Shown here in pieces: positions 20,812-31,301 of a DNA stretch of 64,000 bases; the stretch's first letter is position 1, and every line of letters begins with the position of its first letter. The DNA is taken from positions 32,001-96,000 of the IMG/VR virus record IMGVR_UViG_3300036985_006248; one strand, written 5' to 3'. The stretch is from a virus. Position numbers and translations under genes: made by a program. Below the pieces are notes generated by a model that was given only the letters and a program-made list of their open reading frames with translations, made no database searches and was not told the origin of the DNA.

Positions 20812-21575
20812 GGACAATCCTTGGTTTTATTAAATTCGCAATATTTACAGCTTAATCGATTCTTAGGGAAGAAATTTTTATCGATATTGTATAACGCTTT
20901 TGTCATAAGGTTAAGCGCATTCTGCGTTTTCTTGTCACCGCTAGTTACGCGGAAAATCTCTACATTATCTTTTTTAGCAGTACGCTTAAGCAAGGCAAAA
21001 TGTGTTTCAATAGTGTCAGGATTTATACTGTGCTTTTGAGCGTAAAAGTATTTGTAGAACGTTAGTTGATAAGTCGTCATCGCATCGCTCTTCTTTTTTG
21101 CATCCCAACCCCAAGCACAACTTTTCCAATCAAGAATATGAATTTTTCCATCATCGGTCTTAATAACTAAGTCGATAAAACCTTTGAAGCTCCACTCAGG
21201 AATGGCTCCAATCTTTTCATAGATGTCTTCCTCGGCTGCAAGTATGGTGAAGTTACCAAAAATGTTCTTAAGGGCAGGCAGGGCCATTGGAGCCAGTGTT
21301 TTACCTTGCTCCTTCATCTCAGTAATCATCTTTTGGTTAACTGATACTTCGGCAGGAATTTTTCCAAGTTCCAAATCAAAACATTCAGAAAAAATCTTTA
21401 CTTCATCTTCAGAGTTATTTAAGAGCTTTTTCTCACACGCCTCATGGAGCGCGGAGCCAAATGCTGTGTATTCATTACCTGTAAACTTTTTAATATTATC
21501 CACATAAGACAGTTTATATCTATAGGGACAATCATTCCACAACTTTAATGCAGAAAAAGAAATATGCTTAGACAT
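20808..21575 (-). CDS. PD-(D/E)XK RecB/Cas4-like exonuclease
   Basis: ISFS..CP, GSALH, GFIDL, ILDWKS, QLxFY and C-terminal CxxC...C motifs. Confidence 0.85.
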   Translation of the reverse strand: MSKHISFSALKLWNDCPYRYKLSYVDNIKKFTGNEYTAFGSALHEACEKKLLNNSEDEVKIFSECFDLELGKIPAEVSVNQKMITEMKEQGKTLAPMALPALKNIFGNFTILAAEEDIYEKIGAIPEWSFKGFIDLVIKTDDGKIHILDWKSCAWGWDAKKKSDAMTTYQLTFYKYFYAQKHSINPDTIETHFALLKRTAKKDNVEIFRVTSGDKKTQNALNLMTKALYNIDKNFFPKNRLSCKYCEFNKTKDCP

Positions 21576-21608
21576 GTTTATACCTTCACTTTCTACATGA
21601 ATTATAAA

Positions 21609-22295
21609 CTAGTCTTCCATTTTTGTCAAGGAGTTTATTTTAAAGTAAAGTCTAGGAGATATAGACCTTAAATATTTTGGATTTTCATCTACAAAATAAT
21701 GTTCAAATCCATTAGCGAAGTATTCTTTTATTGAGGTTGCGGCATAAGACGATATGAATAACTTTGAGGTTAATTGAGCTAATACGTCGTAGCCTACCGT
21801 TTTATATAAAAAATCATCAAACGTTTTGTTGTAATCAAGTTGGACATATAAGCGTGGATCACAATATAATTTCTGCTGTTCTAAAATATCTCTTAGCAAC
21901 TTACGCTTTGATATGAATTCCTCTATAATTTCTTGATCGCCATACACTTCTCTGCCATAGGAGTTTTCTACGCTATGCGCCAACTCATGAATTATAGAAT
22001 TCAAAACTGCATCTTCATCAACTATTAAGCTTGAGAGGAAGATAGCCCCGTTCATATATGCTGATTCGACATTTCTAGATTTAAGTTGTGGAAACTCACC
22101 AATATAGATAATGTCTAGTTCTTTTGCTAAGTTTTGTGGAATTCTATTCTCTATAGTTCTAAAAACTTTGTCTAGGTCTATTTCTTGTTGTAACTTGTCT
22201 TTAATAACAACTTGGACTTCGCCAAAGAGAGTGTGTTCTTTTAACGCACTTTGTGCTTTTTTAACAGATTGCTTTATATGATTTTGACTACCCAT
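21609..22295 (-). CDS. Putative zincin metallopeptidase
   Basis: HELAH with a downstream EYFA motif. Confidence 0.6.
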   Translation of the reverse strand: MGSQNHIKQSVKKAQSALKEHTLFGEVQVVIKDKLQQEIDLDKVFRTIENRIPQNLAKELDIIYIGEFPQLKSRNVESAYMNGAIFLSSLIVDEDAVLNSIIHELAHSVENSYGREVYGDQEIIEEFISKRKLLRDILEQQKLYCDPRLYVQLDYNKTFDDFLYKTVGYDVLAQLTSKLFISSYAATSIKEYFANGFEHYFVDENPKYLRSISPRLYFKINSLTKMED

Positions 22296-22297
22296 TT

Positions 22298-22546
22298 TTA
22301 TTTTTTTGTTTGTGGAGAAGATTCTAAATCTGTTACTGCTTGTTGATACCCACGCATAAAATTCTCTTCTGCAATTAACATAAGAAATTCTGGGAATTCT
22401 TTTAACATCTGTTCCACAATCAGAAGCACAGTTACATTACCATCTTTTGGTTGTCGGGTTTCCCCAACATAATTAACTAACCATTCCTTCATCGGGTTAT
22501 CTTTAGATACTACTTCTGATTGTGGACTTTCCATTTTTGTCATCAT
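22298..22546 (-). CDS. Hypothetical protein
   Basis: ORF in the operon. Confidence 0.55.
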   Translation of the reverse strand: MMTKMESPQSEVVSKDNPMKEWLVNYVGETRQPKDGNVTVLLIVEQMLKEFPEFLMLIAEENFMRGYQQAVTDLESSPQTKK

Positions 22547-25083
22547 TATAAAATATCGGCTGCTAATGTAGCGACAGAACTTCTTTCGCCGCGTTTTAAT
22601 GCCACATGCCCCACCAATTCATAAGGTTTCATTTTTTCTATCACGTATGTCAGCCCGTTGGTAGTTGCATCAACATATTGATTATCGATCTGATAAATAT
22701 CCCCCGTTAGTACAATCTTCGTTCCTTCACCAACGCGAGTGATTATAGTCTTTAATTCATGAGAGGTTAAATTTTGTGATTCGTCAATGATAATATATGC
22801 GTTTGAAATTGAACGACCGCGAATATAGGTTAATGCTTCCATTTCGATTGTGCCAGCTTCCATCATCATTCTCATGTGCTCTTTATTACTTCCTAACAGG
22901 AATTCCAAGTTATCTTGCACGGGAGCTAACCACGGAGTCATCTTTTCTTCTAGGGTATTGTGAGTTACGATAAAATCATTGGTTACGTAAAGATGTTCTT
23001 TATTTTCCACAAGAATACATTGTGCTTCTTTTTTTCCAACAAGCTCAATGCTTTTGATACCAACTCCTTGAATATACTTTGTAGAATGTCGTGAAGCTTT
23101 TCTTGAAATGTAGAAAGGATTAATATTTTGTGGTAATGAGACAGTAAACTCATATGATATTCTACGAGAATTTATCTCTCTTCCATCGATATATGACTTC
23201 TTTCCAACTCTATTTCTTTCTTTAATGACAGCTCTTCCACCGAGCGAACGAACCAACTCTTGCATATCTTTAGCGAGTTGCAAAGAGGTTGTAGTAAAAG
23301 ATGATTCTCCGTTTGTTTTTACGGTACCATCTGTATCCATCAATCCTTTTAATAAATTAATTCGGTCTTGCACGCACGAAAACTTATAGATCTCTGGGAT
23401 AAATTTTTCCCACGCTTTTTTATTAGATAAATGTAAGTTATCAAGTATATTTTTTATAGGATTTTGCCAACGGTTTGAACGTTCGGTAAACTCATATTTG
23501 ATTCCATCAATTATTGTGTTGTTATCGCAGCGAGATTGCAGGGTACTTCTGTTAATATTTAATACTTCTAAAGATTTTCCAATACTAGGAAAAGTTGTTT
23601 TTTCTAATGTTTTAACATTAGTTATAGTAACTTGTCTAGCGGGCTTATTATTGTAGAGATCAGTTCTAATGTTGTAAGTAATTGTCTTTCCATCGTTTGT
23701 TAATCTACAGCCTAATGATTTAATTTCATTTTCTACTCTTTTTATCAGTTCATGGTCGGTATTACAAACACTTATATTATTTTTAATACACCCGTCACCC
23801 AATAATACTCCAAGAGTGTATGCAGGAAGAGGCAATTCTTTATCGGTATACTGTACTGGCGAAACTCTAGGTAAAAAGTGATTTAATTTGCCGTTGGTGG
23901 TTTTAAAAGTATCGATAATCTGTTTAGTTGTTCTAACTTGACCATGCTTATTACGCTTTTTTTCTTCAAATGTCCTAGTTAACCACAAGTGGTCTTCACA
24001 ACATTCCGTAGAAGAATCATCGGTAGTTGTAACTTTATAAATTAGTTTCTTCCCCTTCGGAAACACACCTAAAACTCTAGTTGGACTGCCGTCTCGCCCA
24101 ATGACATTATCTCCAACTTTGATAGAGCCCATTTCAACCCAACCAGTAGGAGTAGCCAATTTTGCATCCAGTGGTTGTGGTCCCGGAAGGAAACCGATGT
24201 CTTTTCCCATTGGCTGCACTGGACGGGAGACAATAAGTTTTGTATATATCTTATCTTCAAGGATTTGTTGTAGCCCAGCCGCCAGAGCAATCAAAGTCTT
24301 GCCGCTACCAGCCTTGCCGATAAGAGAAACAATCTTCACTTCTGGATCCATTAGTGAATCAAGAGCAAATTGTTGCTCTTTGTTCTTAGCGTGAACTCCA
24401 AATATGCCACCCTTGAACTCCTTTACTTTAACTAATGATTGGCTGTAGGACTTGAATCTAGCTAAGGCAGACTTTTTCTCATTGGTGTTAGAAACCAACA
24501 TAACATATTCGTTAGCAAAAAGATTAATCTCTTTTTCGAGCAAATAAATCTTATCATTTTTGTGGAATCGATCAATGACAGCATCATCGACTACATGTTG
24601 TTTATAACCAATAAAGACTTCTTCGGCTCGTTCTACTACTTGGTTTGGAACATAGTCTTCAGTTAGGATGCCCAGTGAGTCGCATTTAACTCTCATGTTA
24701 ATATCTTGGGATACTAACACGACGTTCTTATTATCCCCGAGTTTACGTATGAGCGTTAAAGTTGAGGCTATGATTTGATTATCCGGGACGCTCTTTTCAA
24801 AACTGTCTGGTAGTAAAGATAAATCGCAGGGAAGTACCGAGACGCTACCCTTGCCCTTACCAAGCTTAATCTCGTCTTGTAGACTGCCTTTTTCTCGTAA
24901 TCCATCAAGAGTACGAATAAATTGTCTTGCATTAACACCAACACCGTCTTGACGCTTTTTGTGCTTATCAACTTCTTCCAACACCTTAAGAGGAATCCCA
25001 ACATCGTTGTTCTTATAGGCAAAGATAGCATCACAATCGCTTAAATAAACGTTTGTGTCCAAGACATAGTATTTTTTAGACAT
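22546..25083 (-). CDS. phoH: PIN-PhoH family ATPase containing an intein
   Basis: VLDTNV PIN domain, GKAGSGKT, GFLPG, YIRGRS, IIDESQN, TRVGEG and GDIYQID motifs. Confidence 0.92.
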   Translation of the reverse strand: MSKKYYVLDTNVYLSDCDAIFAYKNNDVGIPLKVLEEVDKHKKRQDGVGVNARQFIRTLDGLREKGSLQDEIKLGKGKGSVSVLPCDLSLLPDSFEKSVPDNQIIASTLTLIRKLGDNKNVVLVSQDINMRVKCDSLGILTEDYVPNQVVERAEEVFIGYKQHVVDDAVIDRFHKNDKIYLLEKEINLFANEYVMLVSNTNEKKSALARFKSYSQSLVKVKEFKGGIFGVHAKNKEQQFALDSLMDPEVKIVSLIGKAGSGKTLIALAAGLQQILEDKIYTKLIVSRPVQPMGKDIGFLPGPQPLDAKLATPTGWVEMGSIKVGDNVIGRDGSPTRVLGVFPKGKKLIYKVTTTDDSSTECCEDHLWLTRTFEEKKRNKHGQVRTTKQIIDTFKTTNGKLNHFLPRVSPVQYTDKELPLPAYTLGVLLGDGCIKNNISVCNTDHELIKRVENEIKSLGCRLTNDGKTITYNIRTDLYNNKPARQVTITNVKTLEKTTFPSIGKSLEVLNINRSTLQSRCDNNTIIDGIKYEFTERSNRWQNPIKNILDNLHLSNKKAWEKFIPEIYKFSCVQDRINLLKGLMDTDGTVKTNGESSFTTTSLQLAKDMQELVRSLGGRAVIKERNRVGKKSYIDGREINSRRISYEFTVSLPQNINPFYISRKASRHSTKYIQGVGIKSIELVGKKEAQCILVENKEHLYVTNDFIVTHNTLEEKMTPWLAPVQDNLEFLLGSNKEHMRMMMEAGTIEMEALTYIRGRSISNAYIIIDESQNLTSHELKTIITRVGEGTKIVLTGDIYQIDNQYVDATTNGLTYVIEKMKPYELVGHVALKRGERSSVATLAADIL
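22957..24180 (-). mobile_element. Intein (408 aa) with LAGLIDADG endonuclease, class 3 signature
   Basis: Junctions GFLPG|PQPLDA...VTHN|TLEEK; LGVLLGDG and LKGLMDTDG motifs; WCT triad. Confidence 0.9.
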
Positions 25084-25127
25084 TATTTGTTCCTTCGTAG
25101 AGAGAGGCTTACGATATAAATAGCATT

Positions 25128-25694
25128 CTACAGTATATTCTTAAGATTTTTAATGTGCTTTGTTATAAAATCATTCATCGCAATGCTTCCAGCCACGGCG
25201 GCGTTCAAACTTCTTACCGAACCATATTGGTTGATGTACATATATCTGTCACAAAGAGACAGAGTTTCAGGAGTAATTCCAACTCCTTCTTCACCGATAA
25301 TAATAAGAGGATTTTCAGGCCAAACGAAATCATAAATCGATTCTGCTTGTGGTACTGAATTTTCTAATGCGACAAAGGTATAACGTTCCTTTAGCTTTAA
25401 AAGCTCCTCACGGGTCTTTACGTTAATGATGTCGGTATAGTGGTGGGTTCCAACGGTTCCACGACGGTCGAATTGTTTACGACCCAAATAGAACATTTCG
25501 CGGCCATTCATGGCATTACATGAACGAAGAACACTAGAAAGATTAAAATCTCCAACAAAGTTCTCCATCATTACAGCAAACGGAAAACTATTATTTTGGA
25601 GATCTTTCTTGATTAATTCTGTAGTCCACTTAGTAAAACGGTCTTGCTTATACTTATCGAGAATATTTCTATTATCAACGGGGCTAGCGTCCAT
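25128..25694 (-). CDS. TrmH/SpoU-family RNA 2'-O-methyltransferase
   Basis: NLSSVLRS, IIGEEGVGI and SLNAAVAGSI SPOUT motifs. Confidence 0.88.
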   Translation of the reverse strand: MDASPVDNRNILDKYKQDRFTKWTTELIKKDLQNNSFPFAVMMENFVGDFNLSSVLRSCNAMNGREMFYLGRKQFDRRGTVGTHHYTDIINVKTREELLKLKERYTFVALENSVPQAESIYDFVWPENPLIIIGEEGVGITPETLSLCDRYMYINQYGSVRSLNAAVAGSIAMNDFITKHIKNLKNIL

Positions 25695-27198
25695 CGTTTT
25701 CCTCCAAGGAATCTGCATAATTTATCAGTGCATCGTGAACAAATTTATTAAACTTCTCTTGACTCCAACAGTCCCATCCCATTGCATGTACTAGACTTTC
25801 TTTAAACTCATCGCTAATTTCAAATACTATTGTTGCCGACCCATCATCATTGTCATTGATTTCTGACACTTTGATAGTACCAATTGATTTCATTTTGTTT
25901 CTCCTGTGGAGATTTCTACTGGTACGGTGGGTTCTAAATGCGCCAAGCGACCAATACGAATACATTGATTATAAGCAGCTTTATTGGCAAAGACAGTCGC
26001 ATCAACTATATTCAGTGTCCAACTGCTCTTGTGACCATTCAAGCGGAAATACAAACCATCTAGTCTACGCGCAACAAAGTTCATTTGTTCTCTTTCTGTA
26101 ATTTGTTCAAGTCCACATATACTTTCTAACTTTAATCAATCTCAAGAGCATTTTTTCGTGCTTGATTTTAATTGCCGCGCTTCTCTTTTTATACTCTTCA
26201 TATTTCACAGGATCTTTTGTGGTAGTATTCATAGTATACAACTTCTGGTTCTTTGGAGAGGTTTTCGTTTCACTAACCTCATCCATTGTATAAGACCATT
26301 CGGACTCTTCAAAAAGAATATTAATAGCCGCTTCTTCTTGTTTTTTTCCTTTAGTCCACCATTCATAAATGGAGAGGATTTCATCACGAACCTTGCGAAT
26401 TTTGTAATTACAGTCCCAATTAACGTGACCCGGATATTCTGTCTCAACGAAGGTGGTCAAGATCTTAAAACAGGCAAGCTCCATCTGATAATCAGAATCA
26501 ATCCACCCCCATTTATAACAATCTTGACCGGAGATATCAATAATATGGTAGCGATTAAATGTATGTGCTCTGAGCCAATACATGGGCATTAAACGTTTTC
26601 TAAAAACAGTAGAAAACAAATTATCAACCAATTCTTCAAACCTTCTGTAAGAATATTTAATAGATTCCATAATTTATTTTCCTTGAATTGAAAACTAGTC
26701 TATAATATTAAAAAATGGTTTTATACATTCAAAGATTTCTGAATCAGATTCGGGGAGCCCGGTCCATCCAGACGCCCATTCACGTTCACTGTACATTTCC
26801 CATAAACGCATGCATTGATAGCTGTCGGCATAAAAGCCGTTATCAATTAATATATTTTGAATTCGGTTTGTGTCCTTATCAAAATCTCTATGGGATTGTT
26901 TAATTTTAATTGTTTTTAGGTGGCTCATTGATCTACCTTTACAAGAATAGTATACAAGATCACACCTACATAGGCAAGTAGTTTAAAATATTTAAAAAAA
27001 TATTACATATTATCGCTTTAGGCACTTAACAGCAACAAGATTTGTGTCCGAGTCTACACCGAGTATCTGGCATACTAATTCCATTTCTTGTGATCCACCG
27101 GCAAGATACTTTTGCCATTCATTGTATCCTATGTACCCGGCTAAAACGGCTACGTTTAACGCAAAACCAAGCTTTAATAATAGAATATCTTTTTTCAT
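25684..27198 (-). CDS. Five small hypothetical proteins (25684-25893, 25890-26084, 26107-26670, 26695-26928, 27010-27198)
   Basis: Co-oriented ORFs with no recognisable motif. Confidence 0.5.
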
Positions 27199-27345
27199 AT
27201 AAAATCCTTTAAATAAATTATGGTCCATCGAAAAGGTGAAGTTGTCTATCGCCAGCGGCAGTGAGCGATAAATTAAGTGGCCTACTAATCATCACACAAC
27301 CTCATAAAAAGTGCAAACCCAAATCTGTTCGCTCATCGACTGTTA

Positions 27346-27416
27346 TGGACCGACAGGGAATCGAACCCTGAATCACGCCTTGCAAAGGCGTTGTTATACC
27401 GTTTAACTATCAGCCC
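27346..27416 (-). tRNA. tRNA-Ala(UGC)
   Basis: Cloverleaf with anticodon loop UUUGCAA and a G3:U70 pair. Confidence 0.92.
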
Positions 27417-27485
27417 GAAACGACATCTATTTGTTTGTTTTTACTTACAAACTCCCCATGCCGTTACCTGTGGGATTATATTTCT

Positions 27486-28109
27486 TTATTCAATTATATC
27501 GTCTACTAAACCATATTTTAAGCATTGCTTTGCATCAAAATAAATATCTTTTTTAAGAACTTCTTTTAAGATATTAGGTGGAATCTTTGTCTTTTCTAAA
27601 TAAATATTCTGAATCACTTTCATTAGTGACTTATTATTTTCCATGTCATCTACAAGTTCTTCGAATTTACCAAAAAGTCCAGATGACAATTGATGAATCA
27701 TAATATATGAATGCTTATTAATTGAGCGTCGGTGAGCCATTACACTTATTAGTGTTGCCGCTGATGCTGCGGCACCTTCTACTATTGAATGAACCGGAGC
27801 CTTGCTTCTGCGAACGTAATCTACCGCAGCCAGCCCATCAAAAAGACTGCCACCGGGACTATTAATATGTAACTTAATATCTGGTACTGGAATGTCTAGC
27901 ATATTAGCTGCATGCATTAAATCAGCACCAATTAACTTAATTCCTCTATTCAACTCTAAAACAGAATTTTTATTTACTTCTGAATAAAAGTAAATGTGAT
28001 TCTCGTCTGATTGAACCTCAGAAATATCTTCGTCTTTTCCAAGAAACTTTGGCTTAATATCTTCTTTTTCTTTTTCGACTTTTTCACTTAGACGTTTGCC
28101 AAACAACAT
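27486..28109 (-). CDS. clpP: ClpP-like protease subunit
   Basis: INSPGG, AASAA, MIHQ and YGLVD motifs. Confidence 0.85.
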   Translation of the reverse strand: MLFGKRLSEKVEKEKEDIKPKFLGKDEDISEVQSDENHIYFYSEVNKNSVLELNRGIKLIGADLMHAANMLDIPVPDIKLHINSPGGSLFDGLAAVDYVRRSKAPVHSIVEGAAASAATLISVMAHRRSINKHSYIMIHQLSSGLFGKFEELVDDMENNKSLMKVIQNIYLEKTKIPPNILKEVLKKDIYFDAKQCLKYGLVDDIIE

Positions 28110-28640
28110 TTATTACCTCTTTGTTTTAGAAAGTTTTTCTTCAATTTCTTTTTCAGCGGCGACTAACGAAGGTTCGGTACGACTCTTTACAGCAAAAAGC
28201 TCTTTTCCATCTTTCGGTTCATATCTAGAAATCTTAAATTGTAAGATTGCTCCTCTAGTAGATTCTTGCAAAGTGCTTTTCAATTGAGCTGCTTCTTGAT
28301 ATGTAGAAAACCACCTTTCAACTTTCCATGATTGGCTCATTTATTTTTTCCTTTATCTTAAAATAATAACATGTTTTTTTTTATACGTATAGCTATTTTT
28401 TTATTTAAATAAATCGTTATCTGATAATGCTGGCAATCTTGTTGCCTTTAACATTTCACTTAAGAGCAACTTAAGATTTAATTCAGAATTATCAAATGGA
28501 GTTACATGGTCAGAGTGGCATACTATTTTTCCTTTAGAATCATAATATACTTTTATAATAGAATAGCTATCAGATTGATAGCTATTTTTATACATTCTAT
28601 ATTCCCATTTTTTAAAATGTTTTTTTGTCATAAGAAAAAA

Positions 28641-28944
28641 ATAGTAGGCGTGTTATCACACTAAAGAGATACCGGTAGTTTTCTGAATCAAAACACAAGG
28701 TTACTTTCCAATTACCCAACCAATATTGACTAATGATATATAGACGCTTACCCCCTTAAGCTAATTGCCATATTATAAAAATCAGGTTTCATATGGCAAC
28801 GTTTGGGCAACTTCGCATAACGTCCCGCTGTGAACGGATTTATATCTGCAACTTTGGATTTTGTCTCACTCATTAAAGCGTGATTATTAAGTCTAGATAA
28901 TCACGTCCTTTCGGATGGCTACTTCAAAGCCTACTACCTACTAT
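28641..28944 (-). ncRNA. Structured ~300 nt RNA resembling the 23S rRNA H43-H44 (uL11-binding) domain
   Basis: 9 bp closing stem followed by a U-run; AGGUAGUAGGCUUUGAAGUAGCCAUC...UUUAAUGAGUG...GUGUGAUAACAC; several inserted hairpins. Confidence 0.7.
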
Positions 28945-28949
28945 CACAC

Positions 28950-29507
28950 TTACCAATTCTTAGGAATCTTTGTTTGCAAGCAGGTTATTGTATTGTTACC
29001 CCAATATAACCACGAAGGAAGTACAGTCTTTGGCTCTCCTTCTTCTATAGGCCACGAAGCTGCGGTATGTGGCATTCTTGTATGCAGACCACCTTGTAAC
29101 AAACCAACAATACGAGTATGCCCAGCAATTATACAATTCAAAGAGTTCGCCAAATTTTCTGAAAACCGTTGTCCTTGAGCATTTTGAAATGTACTGCACG
29201 TTCTAAACCATATCACAGATTGTGGCTGTAGTTTCGATAATACCACATCAAAGATATTTTTTGGTATCGGCTTAGAATTTAACCATACTGTACCGGGACT
29301 ACCGTGGCCCCAATATTGAATTGAAGAAAAAGAAGAAGTGTTTCTAGTTTGAAGCCAAAGAGCAGCTTCGGTCCAAGAACTAGCACCATAATATTCATCT
29401 ACGGCACCAAATAGTTTTTGTAAGCGGCTACCAATTGCCCAACTCAGCATAAGAAACCATTGCTGAATTCCAGCTCCCGGCTTACTATCATATATAACTA
29501 CTCTCAT
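28950..29507 (-). CDS. Hypothetical protein, possible His-Cys (caspase-hemoglobinase/DUF4347-like) fold
   Basis: YWGHGSPG and FRTCST motifs. Confidence 0.4.
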   Translation of the reverse strand: MRVVIYDSKPGAGIQQWFLMLSWAIGSRLQKLFGAVDEYYGASSWTEAALWLQTRNTSSFSSIQYWGHGSPGTVWLNSKPIPKNIFDVVLSKLQPQSVIWFRTCSTFQNAQGQRFSENLANSLNCIIAGHTRIVGLLQGGLHTRMPHTAASWPIEEGEPKTVLPSWLYWGNNTITCLQTKIPKNW

Positions 29508-29989
29508 AATGTGTTCTCCTTTTTTTGTTTAGAAACAATGATGCAGTAAAATTCTTTGTTTCTATTCGCCCAACGTTCAACTAAATCAGAAACAGTAACT
29601 AATTGTATACCGCTTTCTAGTTTATTATATTTTGCTCCGTCAGAATCAAAAACAATATACTTTTTGCCTAAAGTACCAACTAGTACACACCAGTGATTAT
29701 CGTTATCAACAGAAATTATGACGGGATTACTATTTTCTAATTCTTCATTTATTTTTTTCAATGCACAAGTTTTATAAAAAAACTTAAAATCATCAGCATT
29801 GAAATTATTGTTCTTTAAGGCTCTAATAATACCTTTTTCAGAAGTACCATTTTTTCTTGTTGTATTAGAATACCTAACAACATCTTTTTTTGTTAAATGA
29901 ATATCAAAACACTTAGCCGCATTTATTATAGCGTAAATACCACAAGAAAAGGAATCGTTCTGAAGTTTCATAAAGGAATTTATAATCAA
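29504..29989 (-). CDS. C39-like cysteine peptidase
   Basis: Q..SCG, HW and FDS catalytic pattern. Confidence 0.75.
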   Translation of the reverse strand: MIINSFMKLQNDSFSCGIYAIINAAKCFDIHLTKKDVVRYSNTTRKNGTSEKGIIRALKNNNFNADDFKFFYKTCALKKINEELENSNPVIISVDNDNHWCVLVGTLGKKYIVFDSDGAKYNKLESGIQLVTVSDLVERWANRNKEFYCIIVSKQKKENTL

Positions 29990-30558
29990 CTTAAAACTTT
30001 TAAAGCTCTTTCGCTGTATACTACACGTTGGGAGTGATGTAACTTAGCCTTGCCATTAACTTTTTCAGTTATCTTATCTAAATCCCATCTATCTGCCAAT
30101 TCTAACAAGCCACGTTCTTTAAAATACTCACAAGCAATTTTTGTGCTAATGACTGGATCACAAGCTAATTCTGGGTTTGTTTCTAAATTGATACCAAGCT
30201 TCTTAGACATATTAACATAATTTGCTCTGCCCGTCAGTTGTAATATACCGCGACCAATAAATTTAGGACCGTCACCGGGTTTCTTATTTCCTAATGCTAG
30301 TCTTCCTTCATATAAAGTCCCAGTGGGCTCCAATGGATCACTAGGAATCTTTTTATTATACTTCGAAGGTAATTCTTTATCATATTTTAGTTCTCCACTC
30401 TCAACAGCTATTTGTCCAAGAAACGCAGCCATTCGATTAATGGTATCCATAGAATATGTTGGTAATACTTCGTTAAAAGCTTTTGTATATAAAATGCACT
30501 TGTCGCTTCGGATGTTAGGAAAAATAGTCTTTAATTGTACTTCAGTTATCTTGATCAT
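29986..30558 (-). CDS. GH19 endolysin (chitinase/lysozyme-like)
   Basis: FLGQIAVES, GRGILQLTGRANY and ITEKVNG motifs. Confidence 0.9.
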   Translation of the reverse strand: MIKITEVQLKTIFPNIRSDKCILYTKAFNEVLPTYSMDTINRMAAFLGQIAVESGELKYDKELPSKYNKKIPSDPLEPTGTLYEGRLALGNKKPGDGPKFIGRGILQLTGRANYVNMSKKLGINLETNPELACDPVISTKIACEYFKERGLLELADRWDLDKITEKVNGKAKLHHSQRVVYSERALKVLS

Positions 30559-30910
30559 TATTCTCCTCCTTGATATAATATTTATTTATATTATACTTTT
30601 TAAGTAATCTAAAAAACTTAATAGAGTCTAAACCCAAAAGTCTCATTGCGTCACTTTTAGTTTTAGATGCTGAAACCGCATATTTCAGCAAAGCATCTTT
30701 AGTTATATAGTTGATACTTTTCCAGATAGGAAAACCATGAAGCGGAAAACCAATGGCTTTATAAGCTAGCTCTAACTTAAGAGCAATGATTTCTTCTAAA
30801 GATAAACTGCTAAGTAATATCTCAAAGTAATCATTGCTCTTATTTTGATTTCTTAGAACTTTACTAATACTATAATCTTCACAAGTATTTTTACTATTTC
30901 TTCTTTTCAT
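30542..30910 (-). CDS. Protein with a C-terminal Fis-like HTH
   Basis: TKSDAMRLLGLDSIKFFRLLKKY. Confidence 0.5.
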   Translation of the reverse strand: MKRRNSKNTCEDYSISKVLRNQNKSNDYFEILLSSLSLEEIIALKLELAYKAIGFPLHGFPIWKSINYITKDALLKYAVSASKTKSDAMRLLGLDSIKFFRLLKKYNINKYYIKEENNDQDN

Positions 30911-31301
30911 ATTATTTACTTTTATATTAAGAAGTATTTAGTTTAAATATTATTCTTGAAAAGCAGTATAACAACAGTACCACACTGATTTTTTTTCGTT
31001 AAACTTTCTTTTTCTTGCGAGTGTCAACTGGTACAGCCACCGTAACAACTGGTTCTGTTGATGTTTCTTCAACAGCTACTACCTGTTCTACTGGCTTTGG
31101 CATTTCTTGTAATCCCAGCTTCATTTCTGTCTTCTCAGCTACAACTGGTTGCTCGACAGAAGCTGAATTTTCTTTTGCTAACTGCATTCTAAAAAGCTTT
31201 TTACGTTTTGCTGGATTCATTTGTTTATATTCCTTTACAATATATAGATTTAACTACAGATTTTCACTAGTGTAAGTTGTACAGTATGTTTGCTGACTTA
31301 G

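Noticed and set aside
20808-21575. Cas4 as part of a CRISPR system
   Set aside because: Stand-alone PD-(D/E)XK nucleases are common in phages, and no cas1/cas2 or array is present.
28641-28944. A true rRNA gene or host contamination
   Set aside because: Similarity is confined to H43/H44, is interrupted by non-rRNA insertions and is flanked by phage genes.
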